Positions 1 through 9,440 are shown, counted from the stretch's first letter. The stretch: 64,000 nucleotides of DNA from Deltaproteobacteria bacterium RIFCSPHIGHO2_01_FULL_43_49 (GCA_001798075.1 MGRG01000005.1:1148-65147), one strand, 5' to 3'. Program-made: numbers and translations. The notes: generated by a model from the letters alone, not told the origin.

Positions 1-661
1 TCGTCATTTCTTCAGGGCCACCAATTTCAAAAATTTGATCTTCTTGCGGAGTAGTTGATACACATGCTGCAATCACTTCTGCTAAATCATCAACAAAAAT
101 TGGTTGGACATGGTTTTTCCCCGATCCAATTAACGCAAAGAGAGGTAGCTTTCGCAACATTTGGATCATGCGATTGAGGCTTTTGTCACCAGGGCCATAA
201 ACCCAAGAGGGACGCAATATAGTTGCTGTAATGCCAGAGCCTCGCACCGCCTGCTCCGCATACCACTTTGCCTTAAACCAAGGTTCACTTCTTTTTCCAT
301 CGGTTCCCGCTCCACTCAAATAGATAAAATGTTTTACGCCGGCCAGTTTGGCGGCTTTAGCGAGATTTCCCGTCCCTAGTGCATCAACTTGCCAATAGGT
401 ATAACCCTTTTTGGGATTTTCGACAGGGTGCCCTGGAAATTGGGCGCACTGAATGACAACCTCCATTCCTTCCAGAGCTTTTGCAAAAGTTTGGGGGTCT
501 TGCAGATTTCCCTCAACAATTTCTACGGACTGATTCAAAAAAAGGTCTTTTGCCTTTTTCGCACCGCGGCTCAAAACTCTGACAGCATGCCCTTGCCGCA
601 GTAGGGCTTTTGCGATGGCTTGTCCAATAAAACCGGTTCCTCCGGAAATAAATATTTTCAA
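1..661 (-). CDS. NAD(P)-dependent epimerase / NDUFA9-like atypical SDR (partial, runs off left edge)
   Basis: Not in the ORF track; translated by hand: TTG start, LKIFISGGTGFIG Rossmann motif, later KWYAEQAV...ILRPSWVYGPGD...QPIFVDDLA. Confidence 0.85.
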   Translation of the reverse strand, partial: MKIFISGGTGFIGQAIAKALLRQGHAVRVLSRGAKKAKDLFLNQSVEIVEGNLQDPQTFAKALEGMEVVIQCAQFPGHPVENPKKGYTYWQVDALGTGNLAKAAKLAGVKHFIYLSGAGTDGKRSEPWFKAKWYAEQAVRGSGITATILRPSWVYGPGDKSLNRMIQMLRKLPLFALIGSGKNHVQPIFVDDLAEVIAACVSTTPQEDQIFEIGGPEEMT

Positions 662-664
662 TGA

Positions 665-1063
665 CTAGCCCAAAGTCTTCACGGCTTTATTATTGTCTTT
701 TGTGGCAAAAAAGACTTTTGTCGTGTTGCCGTTTCCCGTCGAGGTATAGCAGTATTCAATGTCGACACCTGCTTGACCCAGTTTGTTAGCCGCTTCCGCC
801 AACGTTCCCACCTGATTGTTGAGCTCACAGCAGACGATGGGATTTTCTTTGGGAATCCACCCCCCTTTTTTAAACAACTCGCTCGTCTTGGCAGGATCGG
901 CGGTGACAAAATGGAGATTTGCTGTATTTCCATCTTGGGTATAGCAACAGCAAGCCTCAATGTTTACTCTTCCTTCTGCTAAAGTGGACGTTACTTTAGC
1001 AAACGTTCCCACTTTATTGGGAACCGTGATGATGACTTCCTTTGTTAAGGACGTTCTTGGCAT
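665..1063 (-). CDS. Tandem ACT-domain protein
   Basis: Two ACT-like repeats (NKVGTFAKV..L..GRVNI; NQVGTLAEA..LGQAGVDI); RBS GGAGG upstream. Confidence 0.8.
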   Translation of the reverse strand: MPRTSLTKEVIITVPNKVGTFAKVTSTLAEGRVNIEACCCYTQDGNTANLHFVTADPAKTSELFKKGGWIPKENPIVCCELNNQVGTLAEAANKLGQAGVDIEYCYTSTGNGNTTKVFFATKDNNKAVKTLG

Positions 1064-1155
1064 AAAGCCTCCTTTGTTGTTGACCTCAATTTGTTATTCC
1101 AACATTATACCCGAAAGCAAAGAAAAATTTAGAATTTTTTTGAAGTCGCATAACA

Positions 1156-2256
1156 ATGAAAGGTTTTAATACCAAAGCAGTGCACGTAGGCCAAAAGCCA
1201 GAAGGCCTAACCGGCGCCGTAATTTCCCCAATTTATCAAACATCTACTTATGCTCAAGAAGCACCCGGAAAACACAAAGGTTTTGATTACACCAGGGCAG
1301 ATAATCCAAATTACAGAAATCTGGAGGCAGCCATCGCTGCCCTGGAAGAAGGTGCTTATGCGACTGTTTTTTCTTCTGGGATCGGCGCGGAACTAGCTGT
1401 TTTGAACTTATTGAAAGCGGGTGATCACGTAGTAGCTGGTGATGACTTATACGGTGGAACTTATCGTTTGTTTACACAGTGGGGAATGCGTTTTGGCTTG
1501 AGTTTTGATTTTGTCGATGGAACCAACCCAAAAGCATTTGAAAAAGCAATTCAGAAAAAGACAAAACTGATCTGGATCGAAACACCAACAAACCCCCTCT
1601 TGAAAACAACGGACATCAAGGCAGTGGCAACGATTGCGAAGAAGAAAAAAATCCTAACAGTGGCGGATAACACGTTCGCCACTCCTTATTTTCAAAAACC
1701 TCTTAATTTGGGCGCTGCTATGTCTTTGCATAGCACCACAAAATATATTGGAGGCCACTCGGATGTAATTGGTGGTGTCGTTGTAACAAATGACAAAAAA
1801 CTAAAAGAAAAACTCAACCTTGCAAGAATGTCACTAGGGATTAATCCATCCCCTTTTGACTGCTGGCTCACACAACGGGGGCTTAAAACATTGGGCTTAA
1901 GAATGGAGCGTCATCAAGAAAATGCCAAAGCTGTTGTACAATTTTTTAAAAAACACCCTCTCACAAAAAAAGTTTATTACCCCGGTTTTGGGGGAATGGT
2001 TTCAGCCGAGTTTAAATTGACTGTAGATCAGACCAAAAAACTAATCAGCTCTTTTGAATATTTTACACTGGGAGAAAGTTTAGGCGGTGTGGAATCGCTT
2101 GTTTGTCATCCTGCAACAATGACCCACGCTTCGATCCCACCTAAAGAAAGAGTCAAAAGAGGTTTATCTGATTCGTTGGTTCGCTTTTCGGTTGGGATTG
2201 AGGACGTAGAAGATCTGTTAGATGATTTGAAAAATACTTTAAGCCGATTTGGATAG
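1156..2256 (+). CDS. Cys/Met metabolism PLP enzyme (cystathionine gamma-lyase/synthase family)
   Basis: PIYQTSTY, YTRADNP, ETPTNP, DNTFATP, HSTTKYIGGHSD (PLP Lys), ESLGGVESL, RFSVGIE. Confidence 0.9.
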   Translation: MKGFNTKAVHVGQKPEGLTGAVISPIYQTSTYAQEAPGKHKGFDYTRADNPNYRNLEAAIAALEEGAYATVFSSGIGAELAVLNLLKAGDHVVAGDDLYGGTYRLFTQWGMRFGLSFDFVDGTNPKAFEKAIQKKTKLIWIETPTNPLLKTTDIKAVATIAKKKKILTVADNTFATPYFQKPLNLGAAMSLHSTTKYIGGHSDVIGGVVVTNDKKLKEKLNLARMSLGINPSPFDCWLTQRGLKTLGLRMERHQENAKAVVQFFKKHPLTKKVYYPGFGGMVSAEFKLTVDQTKKLISSFEYFTLGESLGGVESLVCHPATMTHASIPPKERVKRGLSDSLVRFSVGIEDVEDLLDDLKNTLSRFG

Positions 2257-3219
2257 GATAAATTCGTCCTCTATTCTCAAATTATCAACCAGGGCTTTAG
2301 CCTTACCACGGGGAACCCCTCCATAAATTAGAAAGGCCTGTACAAAATCGTAAAGAAGTTTTCGGTCACGACCATCTCTTGCTTCTATGTCGGGTAACCG
2401 TCCATGAACAAGCCATCGCCAAAAAAGAGTTCTTTTCACATCATATGTTGGAAAACCATATTTTTTCCCATCTCGCGAGCATTTCTCTCTTCCCTTCTCC
2501 ACAAAAATATGTCGGCAAGCGGTTAAAATCTGCCTGCCAATGGGAAGTCGTTTAGAATCTACAACCCATTCCCAACCATTATGAATGAAAGTCATTCGCT
2601 CAACCCATGTATCAATTTTTTCCTTGGCGATGCCTGCTTTTTGTAAAATAATCCGAATGCGCAAATAAAAAGCATAAGCAACTGAGGTAAAAGGTTCTGG
2701 GAAAACACCTTCTTCCAAAAAAATCCTAATGGGTGAATGTCGATATTGTCCCAAAAAAACACCTGGACGTTTTGACTGAGGAGTTTCTCCCGTCTGATCT
2801 ACAATTTCCAGAAGAAGTTTGCGAAGTTTTTTAAAAAAATCGGAATTGGTGGCCTGATCTACTACGGGCATGTGTTTCAACAAAGGAGCCCTACGATTGT
2901 CTGAAATCGGTCTAGACAAACCTGCTGTTAAATCTCTTAAGCCCCGGTATAAATCCCGGGCATTGTTTTCTAATTTCTTCGTCCCACTACCATTGATAAA
3001 AACAACGCCCTTCTTCCTCCTATAGGCGTGAATAAAAACACTCACTGCCAGGCTCTGTAAACGCACTACCAAATCGGGATCCACCACTCCATCTTGAGAC
3101 TTAATTTGCCCACTTAAATCTCTCAAATCTTGCGGAGTAAAATCAAAAGGAACAAGGCGGGCACTCAAAAGCCCTTGAGTAAAGCTCAGAGCCGATTGTA
3201 ATACGGGAAGTGATGTCAT
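2239..3219 (-). CDS. Hypothetical protein, paralog of the upstream 501-aa ORF
   Basis: 326-aa ORF overlapping the previous stop by 4 nt; shares N-terminal and WVER..F...W motifs with 3216..4721. Confidence 0.65.
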   Translation of the reverse strand: MTSLPVLQSALSFTQGLLSARLVPFDFTPQDLRDLSGQIKSQDGVVDPDLVVRLQSLAVSVFIHAYRRKKGVVFINGSGTKKLENNARDLYRGLRDLTAGLSRPISDNRRAPLLKHMPVVDQATNSDFFKKLRKLLLEIVDQTGETPQSKRPGVFLGQYRHSPIRIFLEEGVFPEPFTSVAYAFYLRIRIILQKAGIAKEKIDTWVERMTFIHNGWEWVVDSKRLPIGRQILTACRHIFVEKGREKCSRDGKKYGFPTYDVKRTLFWRWLVHGRLPDIEARDGRDRKLLYDFVQAFLIYGGVPRGKAKALVDNLRIEDEFILSKSA

Positions 3220-4721
3220 TTTGCCCCCGCCGTTTTAAACAAAGGTTTGTCACCGCGTTCTTTTATTAAATAGGCGATCCAAGCGAGAGCATCCTCAGAT
3301 GATGTTCCTTCTTGGACCAAAAAGGTCTCTATCTCTTCGTACAACTGGAGTTGAAAAAACGGTGAATCGGGCCAATGACCGCCCATTGCCCATTTTTGAA
3401 ATAAAAGAACACCTGAAAGTTGACCGTTATATTTTTTTGCTATAATTTTTCTTACTTCAAAAAGAAGATTTTCTTCTGTTCCAAGCGAATCCGGATTTTG
3501 AGGTCGGTGCCAACGGTTTCGCACAAAGATAAGGCGTTCCACCCACTCAGCAACTTGATCTTCCGGAAATCCGGTTTGAGTCAGAAGAAGTTTAAGATTT
3601 TCGTGAAATTGGCCGATATGGGAACCATTTATTTTGGGCCATAGCTCGCTCTCAATAAAAAGTCTTAAAGATGCTTGTAGAGTTTGGGGTGGAATTTTTC
3701 CAATGGGCTTATGAAAGGGGAGCCTTTTCCCCCCAAAAGCTTGCATAACCACTTCAACGATTAACGAGTGAAAGGCTTTTTCAAAGCCTGTGTCCATAAC
3801 CATCTGGAGCTTTGTGATTGCCGCTTGAACCGAGGAGTTATCATACACATTCGGAATTTCTACAGGTCTTGTTGGTTCTTTGGGTCGTGGTTTTGGTGGT
3901 ACTTTAGACCCAATTCTTTTTCTGGGACCTTCCGGATACCGGTATTTTAAGGCAGCATCCATCAAGCGTTCTGCTCGCGACTTTTCAATCCCCCCATTTT
4001 CTAAGTAGTTTTGTACCTCTTGTCTAAAAAGCGGGGAAAAGTAAAATGTGGGCCAAGTGGCACGGCGAATCCATCTATAGACTTGCACATTAACGTTAGC
4101 TTCTGCCTGCTTGAAATAAGCCAATCGTGCCAGAAAAAGAAGTTTTTTATCGGGAGGGGGTTTATTCGAATTTTCCGGCCACTCCCAACCATAGGAATGA
4201 AAGGCGATTCTCAACAGCCAATCATTCCCCCTTGTTTTTTCTACGCCGACTTCTTCCAAGTATTGCAGTGCTTTTTGAAAAAAAACAGTAACGTTTTCAC
4301 CTTTTGAGTGCCACTTGGCGTATTTAAACAAGCTCTTGAAGATAAATGGCAGCGTTTCATGAGCTTGAATGACCCTTTCTCCTGCCTGAAAAAATTCCTC
4401 TGGAACAATTCCGGTTGCAAATGGTGATCTGGCAAACCGCCTTGTTTGTCCTGCAAGTTGTGCCATTTCTCCATTTTTTAATGTTTGGAATAATGCACGC
4501 GCCCTCTCTTCCCAAGGACCCCCAACAAGGGAATCCAAAAGGACAACAACATCTCCTTTGATTTCCAGAGAGCCAGGCCCATCGAAAACTTTTGTTCGGA
4601 GACGTTCCTCCAGGTTCACAAGGTCTGCCGAACCATACCCGAGAGGAAGCTCCTGGGCCGTCAGCAAATCTTGAATGAAGCCGCAAGTGAGCTTAACCCA
4701 ATTGACATTACCAACAAACAT
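3216..4721 (-). CDS. Hypothetical protein with internal repeat module
   Basis: 501-aa ORF; two copies of a G....W..R..F...W / W....WP...E...FL...G module separated by a Pro/Lys-rich linker. Confidence 0.7.
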   Translation of the reverse strand: MFVGNVNWVKLTCGFIQDLLTAQELPLGYGSADLVNLEERLRTKVFDGPGSLEIKGDVVVLLDSLVGGPWEERARALFQTLKNGEMAQLAGQTRRFARSPFATGIVPEEFFQAGERVIQAHETLPFIFKSLFKYAKWHSKGENVTVFFQKALQYLEEVGVEKTRGNDWLLRIAFHSYGWEWPENSNKPPPDKKLLFLARLAYFKQAEANVNVQVYRWIRRATWPTFYFSPLFRQEVQNYLENGGIEKSRAERLMDAALKYRYPEGPRKRIGSKVPPKPRPKEPTRPVEIPNVYDNSSVQAAITKLQMVMDTGFEKAFHSLIVEVVMQAFGGKRLPFHKPIGKIPPQTLQASLRLFIESELWPKINGSHIGQFHENLKLLLTQTGFPEDQVAEWVERLIFVRNRWHRPQNPDSLGTEENLLFEVRKIIAKKYNGQLSGVLLFQKWAMGGHWPDSPFFQLQLYEEIETFLVQEGTSSEDALAWIAYLIKERGDKPLFKTAGAK

Positions 4722-4730
4722 ATGGATATC

Positions 4731-4760
4731 TTATCGGTAGCTCATACAAAAAGTTGCTTG
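4731..4760 (-). promoter_or_regulatory. Putative alternative-sigma (sigma28-like) promoter GCAAC-N15-CCGATAA
   Basis: Minus strand CAAGCAACTTTTTGTATGAGCTACCGATAA just upstream of the ATG at 4721; same motif and spacing as 4826..4856. Confidence 0.6.
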
Positions 4761-4825
4761 GGGCTGCAATAGTGGATTTATGAGGATTTCACATGTTTAG
4801 GGGCGGTCTAAAGATTTTAAAAAAA

Positions 4826-4856
4826 CAAGCAACTTTTTTGGGGAATTGCCGAATAA
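4826..4856 (+). promoter_or_regulatory. Putative alternative-sigma (sigma28-like) promoter GCAAC-N15-CCGAATAA
   Basis: CAAGCAACTTTTTTGGGGAATTGCCGAATAA upstream of the ATG at 4872; twin of the divergent motif. Confidence 0.6.
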
Positions 4857-4871
4857 AGCTCTGCCAATCCT

Positions 4872-5885
4872 ATGAGCAAAATATGCGACATAGCGAGCCA
4901 AGCGGGTACCCCCATTGACGTCGGAGTCATGCGCACCGATTTTGGCGATCCTGCAAAACCTGTCCGCCGCTACATCGGCCCTGATGGCCAGTTCAACGAT
5001 CAAAAAAGTGACGGTGTTGTTACACAAGAAGAATGCTACCAGGCGGCCATTGAGCTTGCCGAATTAACGGCTAGGCAAACAACTCCTGAGGATCTTTTGA
5101 AACCCAATCTATTTCTATCCTTGAAAGAAGAGGGTTTGAGAATTCCCTGGCTTCCAACGGATCCGTTCTTTTTTGAAACCCCCGTTGACAATCATACTCT
5201 AATGCTTGCTGAATTTTATTTTGATAAGGCTCAAAAAATATGGGACTCCACAAAAAATATAGCCAACCCCAACGAACAAAAAAAAGTTTTTGCAAAAAAT
5301 CTGTTTGAAAAAATGTCTCTTTCAAAAGAGAAGGGGGGCTTTGGAATCCGTTTTTTTAACCCAGAGAGTGAAAAAATATCTAAAACAGATCATCCATTTT
5401 ATTCGGATAAGCTAGATTGTTTTGGAAATTGGCTTTATGGGATTTTATGTGAACAATTTGGAATCAAGGCAACGCCGATCCAGCGCTTTACAGATGCCGA
5501 TGGAACTATTATTCATCACGTCTTGGTTGGTCTCTATCTCGATTCTAATAAAATTACACTGGTCAGTTTTCAACCACATGAGGCTGGTTTTGATATTTCA
5601 ATTCCTGCTAAAGATTGGATTCCTATCTCGCGTCTAGAATTGTTAGCCTATCTTCATTTGACTAGAGCATTTGAATTGTATCCACAAGACCGTAACGGGC
5701 AACTAACGGAACTAAAACTAGCTCGTCGTTACGCACCCCACAATTATGTCGTGAACTATCAGATTGGTTATTGGTATTATTTTTGGGGTCGTTCAGAACT
5801 TGGAAAAGGTTTCCTAAGAAAATCTTTAGAGTTTAATTCTGCTTATACGCCTGCTTCAAAGCTGCTAGCCAAACTTGAACAATAA
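4872..5885 (+). CDS. Hypothetical protein; possible transglutaminase-like core plus C-terminal TPR
   Basis: LDCFG...GI.A.P...HHVLVG resembles a Cys/His papain-like core; C-terminal APHNYVVNYQIG..Y...G...G..L..SLE.N TPR-like. Confidence 0.55.
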   Translation: MSKICDIASQAGTPIDVGVMRTDFGDPAKPVRRYIGPDGQFNDQKSDGVVTQEECYQAAIELAELTARQTTPEDLLKPNLFLSLKEEGLRIPWLPTDPFFFETPVDNHTLMLAEFYFDKAQKIWDSTKNIANPNEQKKVFAKNLFEKMSLSKEKGGFGIRFFNPESEKISKTDHPFYSDKLDCFGNWLYGILCEQFGIKATPIQRFTDADGTIIHHVLVGLYLDSNKITLVSFQPHEAGFDISIPAKDWIPISRLELLAYLHLTRAFELYPQDRNGQLTELKLARRYAPHNYVVNYQIGYWYYFWGRSELGKGFLRKSLEFNSAYTPASKLLAKLEQ

Positions 5886-5888
5886 TGG

Positions 5889-6785
5889 TCATTCTTTTTC
5901 TTTTTTAATGCCGCCTCCGAAACGTGCTGGCTTGGGTTTATCTGGTTTTACTACCTCTACAGAAAATGTATCGGGTGGTGAAACAGTTCTGACCGGTTCG
6001 TTGAGTCTCTCTTGAATTTTGCCAATAAGAGCGCTTCTTGTTTCCGGAAAGAAATCTTTATTCATGGAGGCTTTATGGGTGCTGTCTACACCAAGTATCA
6101 TTGCTAAATTATCAGCGACACTCTTTTTTAAATCTATGGCTGGCACATTTTTAAGTCTTGCACTTACAATCATCCTCTGGGTGTCATTTTCAGACACATA
6201 ATACATTTTGTTAGGAATTTCAGTTTGTAGGACTTCCATAATACCCATGTCAGTTAATTTACGCCCAATTAGTTCTTTAACTTTTGCTTCCACCTCGCCT
6301 CTAGTTTTAAGAAGCTCTCCGGAATCCATTTTTTTGAGATGCCCTGCATCGACAGGAGTTATGCTCCCAAACCTTGCAGCTCCATGAGTCGGGGCCGGTT
6401 TGCCGACAACAGTCGCTCTATAAATCCTATCGGCTAAGTACCGCTTTGTTGTTCCAGTGAATTCATCTTTGGCTACGTGATACTCTGGACCTAGAAGTTT
6501 AGCCATTATTCCATTGGCATCCAATCCGCTTTTACCAGCCTCTTTTATTGCCTCATCATCGACTTTATCATCGCGAGCCTGAGCAATTAATTTATGGAGA
6601 TCGGCTTCTGGAATTTTATCGGTACCAAAAATGGGATTCTTCTTAACTGCGTCCAAAATAGCCACGTCAGTAGGATTTCCCTTGCCCAACATTTTATCAA
6701 TTTCTCTACGAAGCGTGGCAGCAATTTGGTCAATTTCATATTGTGAAATTTTATTCGGCTGACCAGCCCCTATTTTATCAACCAT
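5889..6785 (-). CDS. Hypothetical protein
   Basis: 298-aa ORF with AGGAGG RBS and a sigma54 promoter upstream; internal ARFG repeats. Confidence 0.7.
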   Translation of the reverse strand: MVDKIGAGQPNKISQYEIDQIAATLRREIDKMLGKGNPTDVAILDAVKKNPIFGTDKIPEADLHKLIAQARDDKVDDEAIKEAGKSGLDANGIMAKLLGPEYHVAKDEFTGTTKRYLADRIYRATVVGKPAPTHGAARFGSITPVDAGHLKKMDSGELLKTRGEVEAKVKELIGRKLTDMGIMEVLQTEIPNKMYYVSENDTQRMIVSARLKNVPAIDLKKSVADNLAMILGVDSTHKASMNKDFFPETRSALIGKIQERLNEPVRTVSPPDTFSVEVVKPDKPKPARFGGGIKKEKE

Positions 6786-6842
6786 AAAACCTCCTTGCCA
6801 CGCCGAGAAGGCGGGCTTTATTATCTACCGGAGACCTAAATG

Positions 6843-6858
6843 AGCAATTGGCGTGCCA
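6843..6858 (-). promoter_or_regulatory. sigma54 (-24/-12) promoter
   Basis: Minus strand TGGCACGCCAATTGCT, exact GG-N10-GC consensus, about 60 nt upstream of the ATG at 6785. Confidence 0.8.
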
Positions 6859-6919
6859 ACATGAGGTTAAAAATATCGTTTCCAGGGGGGCTAAAAATTG
6901 ATAGATTAGCCGGGTTAGG

Positions 6920-6963
6920 GGTCAAAAATGACCTGATTTTTTGAAAAGCGTCAGATTTTTGAC
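6920..6963. promoter_or_regulatory. Putative enhancer (bEBP) sites
   Basis: Palindromes GGTCA-AAAA-TGACC (6920-6933) and GTCA-GATTTT-TGAC (6950-6963), 60-105 bp upstream of the sigma54 site. Confidence 0.45.
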
Positions 6964-7005
6964 AGCCCGCCTTCACTAAAGTTTCGGCGAGGCTAAGGAG
7001 GTTTT

Positions 7006-7953
7006 ATGGGGCTTCATATTGGCCAGGCAACAGCCATCACATTAAAAACGATGCCGTATCTTTTCTTGCGATTGGTAGTCTACGGTCTCTTTGGCATCGC
7101 AACGGTTATCTATTTTGTTGTCGTCTATTTTGTCGCAGGCTGGGTAGCCCCCTTGCACGAATATGCAGAACCCGGAGTTTGGATTTTAGCCCTGCTAGCC
7201 CCCACACCGATCGTTAGTTTTATCCGTGAATATATTCTCTACACCGTCAAGGCGGGTCATGTGGCCGTCATTGCGGAGCTAGCCACCAAAGGAAAACTCC
7301 CCGAAGGGAAGGGCCAGATTGCTTGGGGCAAAGATCAGGTTGTGAGAACATTCAAATCAACTTCTGTTTTGTTTTTAGTCGACCGTTTGGTTCATGGGGT
7401 GATCAGCGCTATCAACAACGGCATTACAAAAATAGGTGACGTCGCATCGGGCATTCCGGGTGTGCGAGGCTTGATGCAATTCATTAATCTCATTTTGTAT
7501 TTTAGTCTCACCTATGTGGACGAAGCCATCATGGCCAGAAATTTTTTAAACCCGCAAGAATCGGCCTGGCAGTCTTCCAAAATTGGGCTGATGCTCTACG
7601 CCCAGATTTGGAAAAATATTTTATGGAGTTCTGTTTTCTTGGCTTTCATTGCTTTAACAATCTACGCAGGTCTCGCCATTGTTTTTCTGGTTCCCGCTTT
7701 AGGGTTGGCCGTCGCTTTTCCCTCTATGGATCTTGTTTTTATTATTGGGGCATTGGTTTGTGCCTTTGTGGTTAAATTTGCTCTCTTTGACCCTTGGACG
7801 ATGTCGATGATGGTGGTGATGTATCTCAAAGAGATCGAAGGAAAAGCCCCCAACAAAGAGTGGGAAGAAAAACTCGAAAAACTCTCCGGCAAATTCAAAC
7901 AGATCAAAGAAAAGGCCGTTGAAAAACTTTCGGGGGCTCCCACCCCGGCTTGA
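7006..7953 (+). CDS. Integral membrane protein of unknown function
   Basis: 315 aa, several hydrophobic segments, GGAGG RBS. Confidence 0.75.
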   Translation: MGLHIGQATAITLKTMPYLFLRLVVYGLFGIATVIYFVVVYFVAGWVAPLHEYAEPGVWILALLAPTPIVSFIREYILYTVKAGHVAVIAELATKGKLPEGKGQIAWGKDQVVRTFKSTSVLFLVDRLVHGVISAINNGITKIGDVASGIPGVRGLMQFINLILYFSLTYVDEAIMARNFLNPQESAWQSSKIGLMLYAQIWKNILWSSVFLAFIALTIYAGLAIVFLVPALGLAVAFPSMDLVFIIGALVCAFVVKFALFDPWTMSMMVVMYLKEIEGKAPNKEWEEKLEKLSGKFKQIKEKAVEKLSGAPTPA

Positions 7954-7954
7954 G

Positions 7955-8845
7955 ATGCTAAAACGAAAATTCGGGAAAACTAATCTCGAGGTGACACCCA
8001 TTGGCCTAGGCACCTGGGTTTTTGGGGGTTGGCCCTGGAATGAGATCAATGAAAAAGAGTGCGAAGCGGCTCTTGAAACAGCTATCGGCGCTGGCATTAA
8101 CCTTATCGATACCGCTCCCATTTATGGATTTGGTCGCTCTGAAGAAATTGTTGGCCGAACTTTGAGGCGCCTTAAAGTCAGAGAAAAAATCGTGCTGGCC
8201 ACCAAGCAAGGTTTTAGTTGGGATGACGGCAAAAAAAGAAATGTCCGAAAAGATTGCTCGAAAAAAGCGGTTTTTCGAGAAATCGACGAAAGCTTGAAGA
8301 GATTACAAACCGACTGGATTGATATCTATCAAATTCATTGGCCTGATGAAAACACACCGATTGGTGAAACGATGGAAGCCATGCTGAAATTGAAAGATCA
8401 GGGTAAAATTAAGGTGATCGGTGTTTGCAATTACAATGCGGAGCAAATGAAGGAGTGTTTGAAATACGCACCCCTTGAAAGTTCGCAACCACCCTATAAT
8501 TATTTTCAACGCGACATCGAAAAAGAAATTTTGCCTTTCTGTATCGAACACAAATTTGGAACACTGACTTATGGAACGTTGTGTAAAGGGTTGCTGACAG
8601 GAAAATTCGGCATTGATAAAAAGCCGAACGATCCGGTCCGACAACAAACCTGGGACCCCATTTTTGAGACTAAACGCTACGAAGAATGTTTGGCAGAAAT
8701 TGAAAAACTAAAAAAACAAGCGGCTGAAGAAAATCTCACTGTTGGCCAATGGGTTATTCGCTGGGCGATCAACCAACCCGGAGTCACTTGCGCTTTGGTT
8801 GGGGCTAGAAACCCAAAACAGGTCAAAGAAAATACTACCATATAA
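7955..8845 (+). CDS. Aldo/keto reductase
   Basis: GLGTW, IDTAPIYG.GRSE, LATK, IDIYQIHWPD, GKIKVIGV, QPPYN; start moved to ATG 7955. Confidence 0.93.
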   Translation: MLKRKFGKTNLEVTPIGLGTWVFGGWPWNEINEKECEAALETAIGAGINLIDTAPIYGFGRSEEIVGRTLRRLKVREKIVLATKQGFSWDDGKKRNVRKDCSKKAVFREIDESLKRLQTDWIDIYQIHWPDENTPIGETMEAMLKLKDQGKIKVIGVCNYNAEQMKECLKYAPLESSQPPYNYFQRDIEKEILPFCIEHKFGTLTYGTLCKGLLTGKFGIDKKPNDPVRQQTWDPIFETKRYEECLAEIEKLKKQAAEENLTVGQWVIRWAINQPGVTCALVGARNPKQVKENTTI

Positions 8846-8852
8846 AGATAGT

Positions 8853-8939
8853 AAAAGTAGTGGGTGGCCCGGAGTGTTTGTTGTGGGGTTTTGTTAGGGG
8901 CCCCCACAAAAACACGGAGGGACAGGACCCGCTACTTTT
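8853..8939. repeat. Palindromic REP-like element family A, copy 1 (intergenic)
   Basis: AAAAGTAGTGGGT...ACCCGCTACTTTT terminal inverted repeats with inner stem GTGTTTGTTGTGGGG/CCCCACAAAAACAC; near-identical copy at 15006. Confidence 0.85.
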
Positions 8940-8947
8940 TCACAATC

Positions 8948-9298
8948 TTATGGCCGTTTGATTTCAACAATTGCGGCGTCGGCGGCTTTAATGGCGGAGG
9001 GTTTGGTGAGTCTGACCAACACCGATTCTACAGGAAATTTGTTTAGACAAAGATCAGCGATGGCTTGGGCTAATGTTTCAATGAGGTGATAAGAATTCTT
9101 CTCAACAAATTTTAAAACATCTTTAGCCAGTTGGTTGTAGTCGAGCATATTTTTGTCCAGAACATCTTTTTTGCAGGCCTCTTCCAAATCAGCGACTAAT
9201 TCTAAATCCAAAATAATTTTTTGTGGGCGTTTACGCTCCCAGTCATAATCACCAATGATACATTTAGTTTTGAGCCCCTTAATTATAATTTTATCCAT
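8948..9298 (-). CDS. folB: Dihydroneopterin aldolase
   Basis: MDKIII.GL...IIG...WER...Q....D, DY, LIETLA, KPSA. Confidence 0.92.
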   Translation of the reverse strand: MDKIIIKGLKTKCIIGDYDWERKRPQKIILDLELVADLEEACKKDVLDKNMLDYNQLAKDVLKFVEKNSYHLIETLAQAIADLCLNKFPVESVLVRLTKPSAIKAADAAIVEIKRP

Positions 9299-9300
9299 AG

Positions 9301-9440
9301 TTCTAAAATTCTAAATCCTAATATCTAAATCCTAAACAAATTCTAAATTCTAATGTTCTAAACGAAAACAAATTGTTTGGAATTTTGAATTTTGAACATT
9401 AGATATTGTTTAAAATTTAGTATTTAGTGCTTAGAATTTG
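9301..9440. repeat. Bipartite degenerate heptamer array (TTCTAAA-like / TTTAG-like) forming a long imperfect inverted repeat
   Basis: ttctaaa/atcctaa/tatctaa units followed by complementary aattttg/tatttag/tgcttag units. Confidence 0.7.

Noticed and set aside
8864-9046. Short ORFs 8864..9046, 8677..8907 and 14395..14700 sharing MGAPNKTP-like peptides
   Set aside because: The similarity comes from the palindromic DNA repeat, not from a protein family
9301-9440. Possible CRISPR array (also 16688-16915)
   Set aside because: Degenerate 7-mers with no constant 23-47 nt repeat and unique spacers; no cas genes
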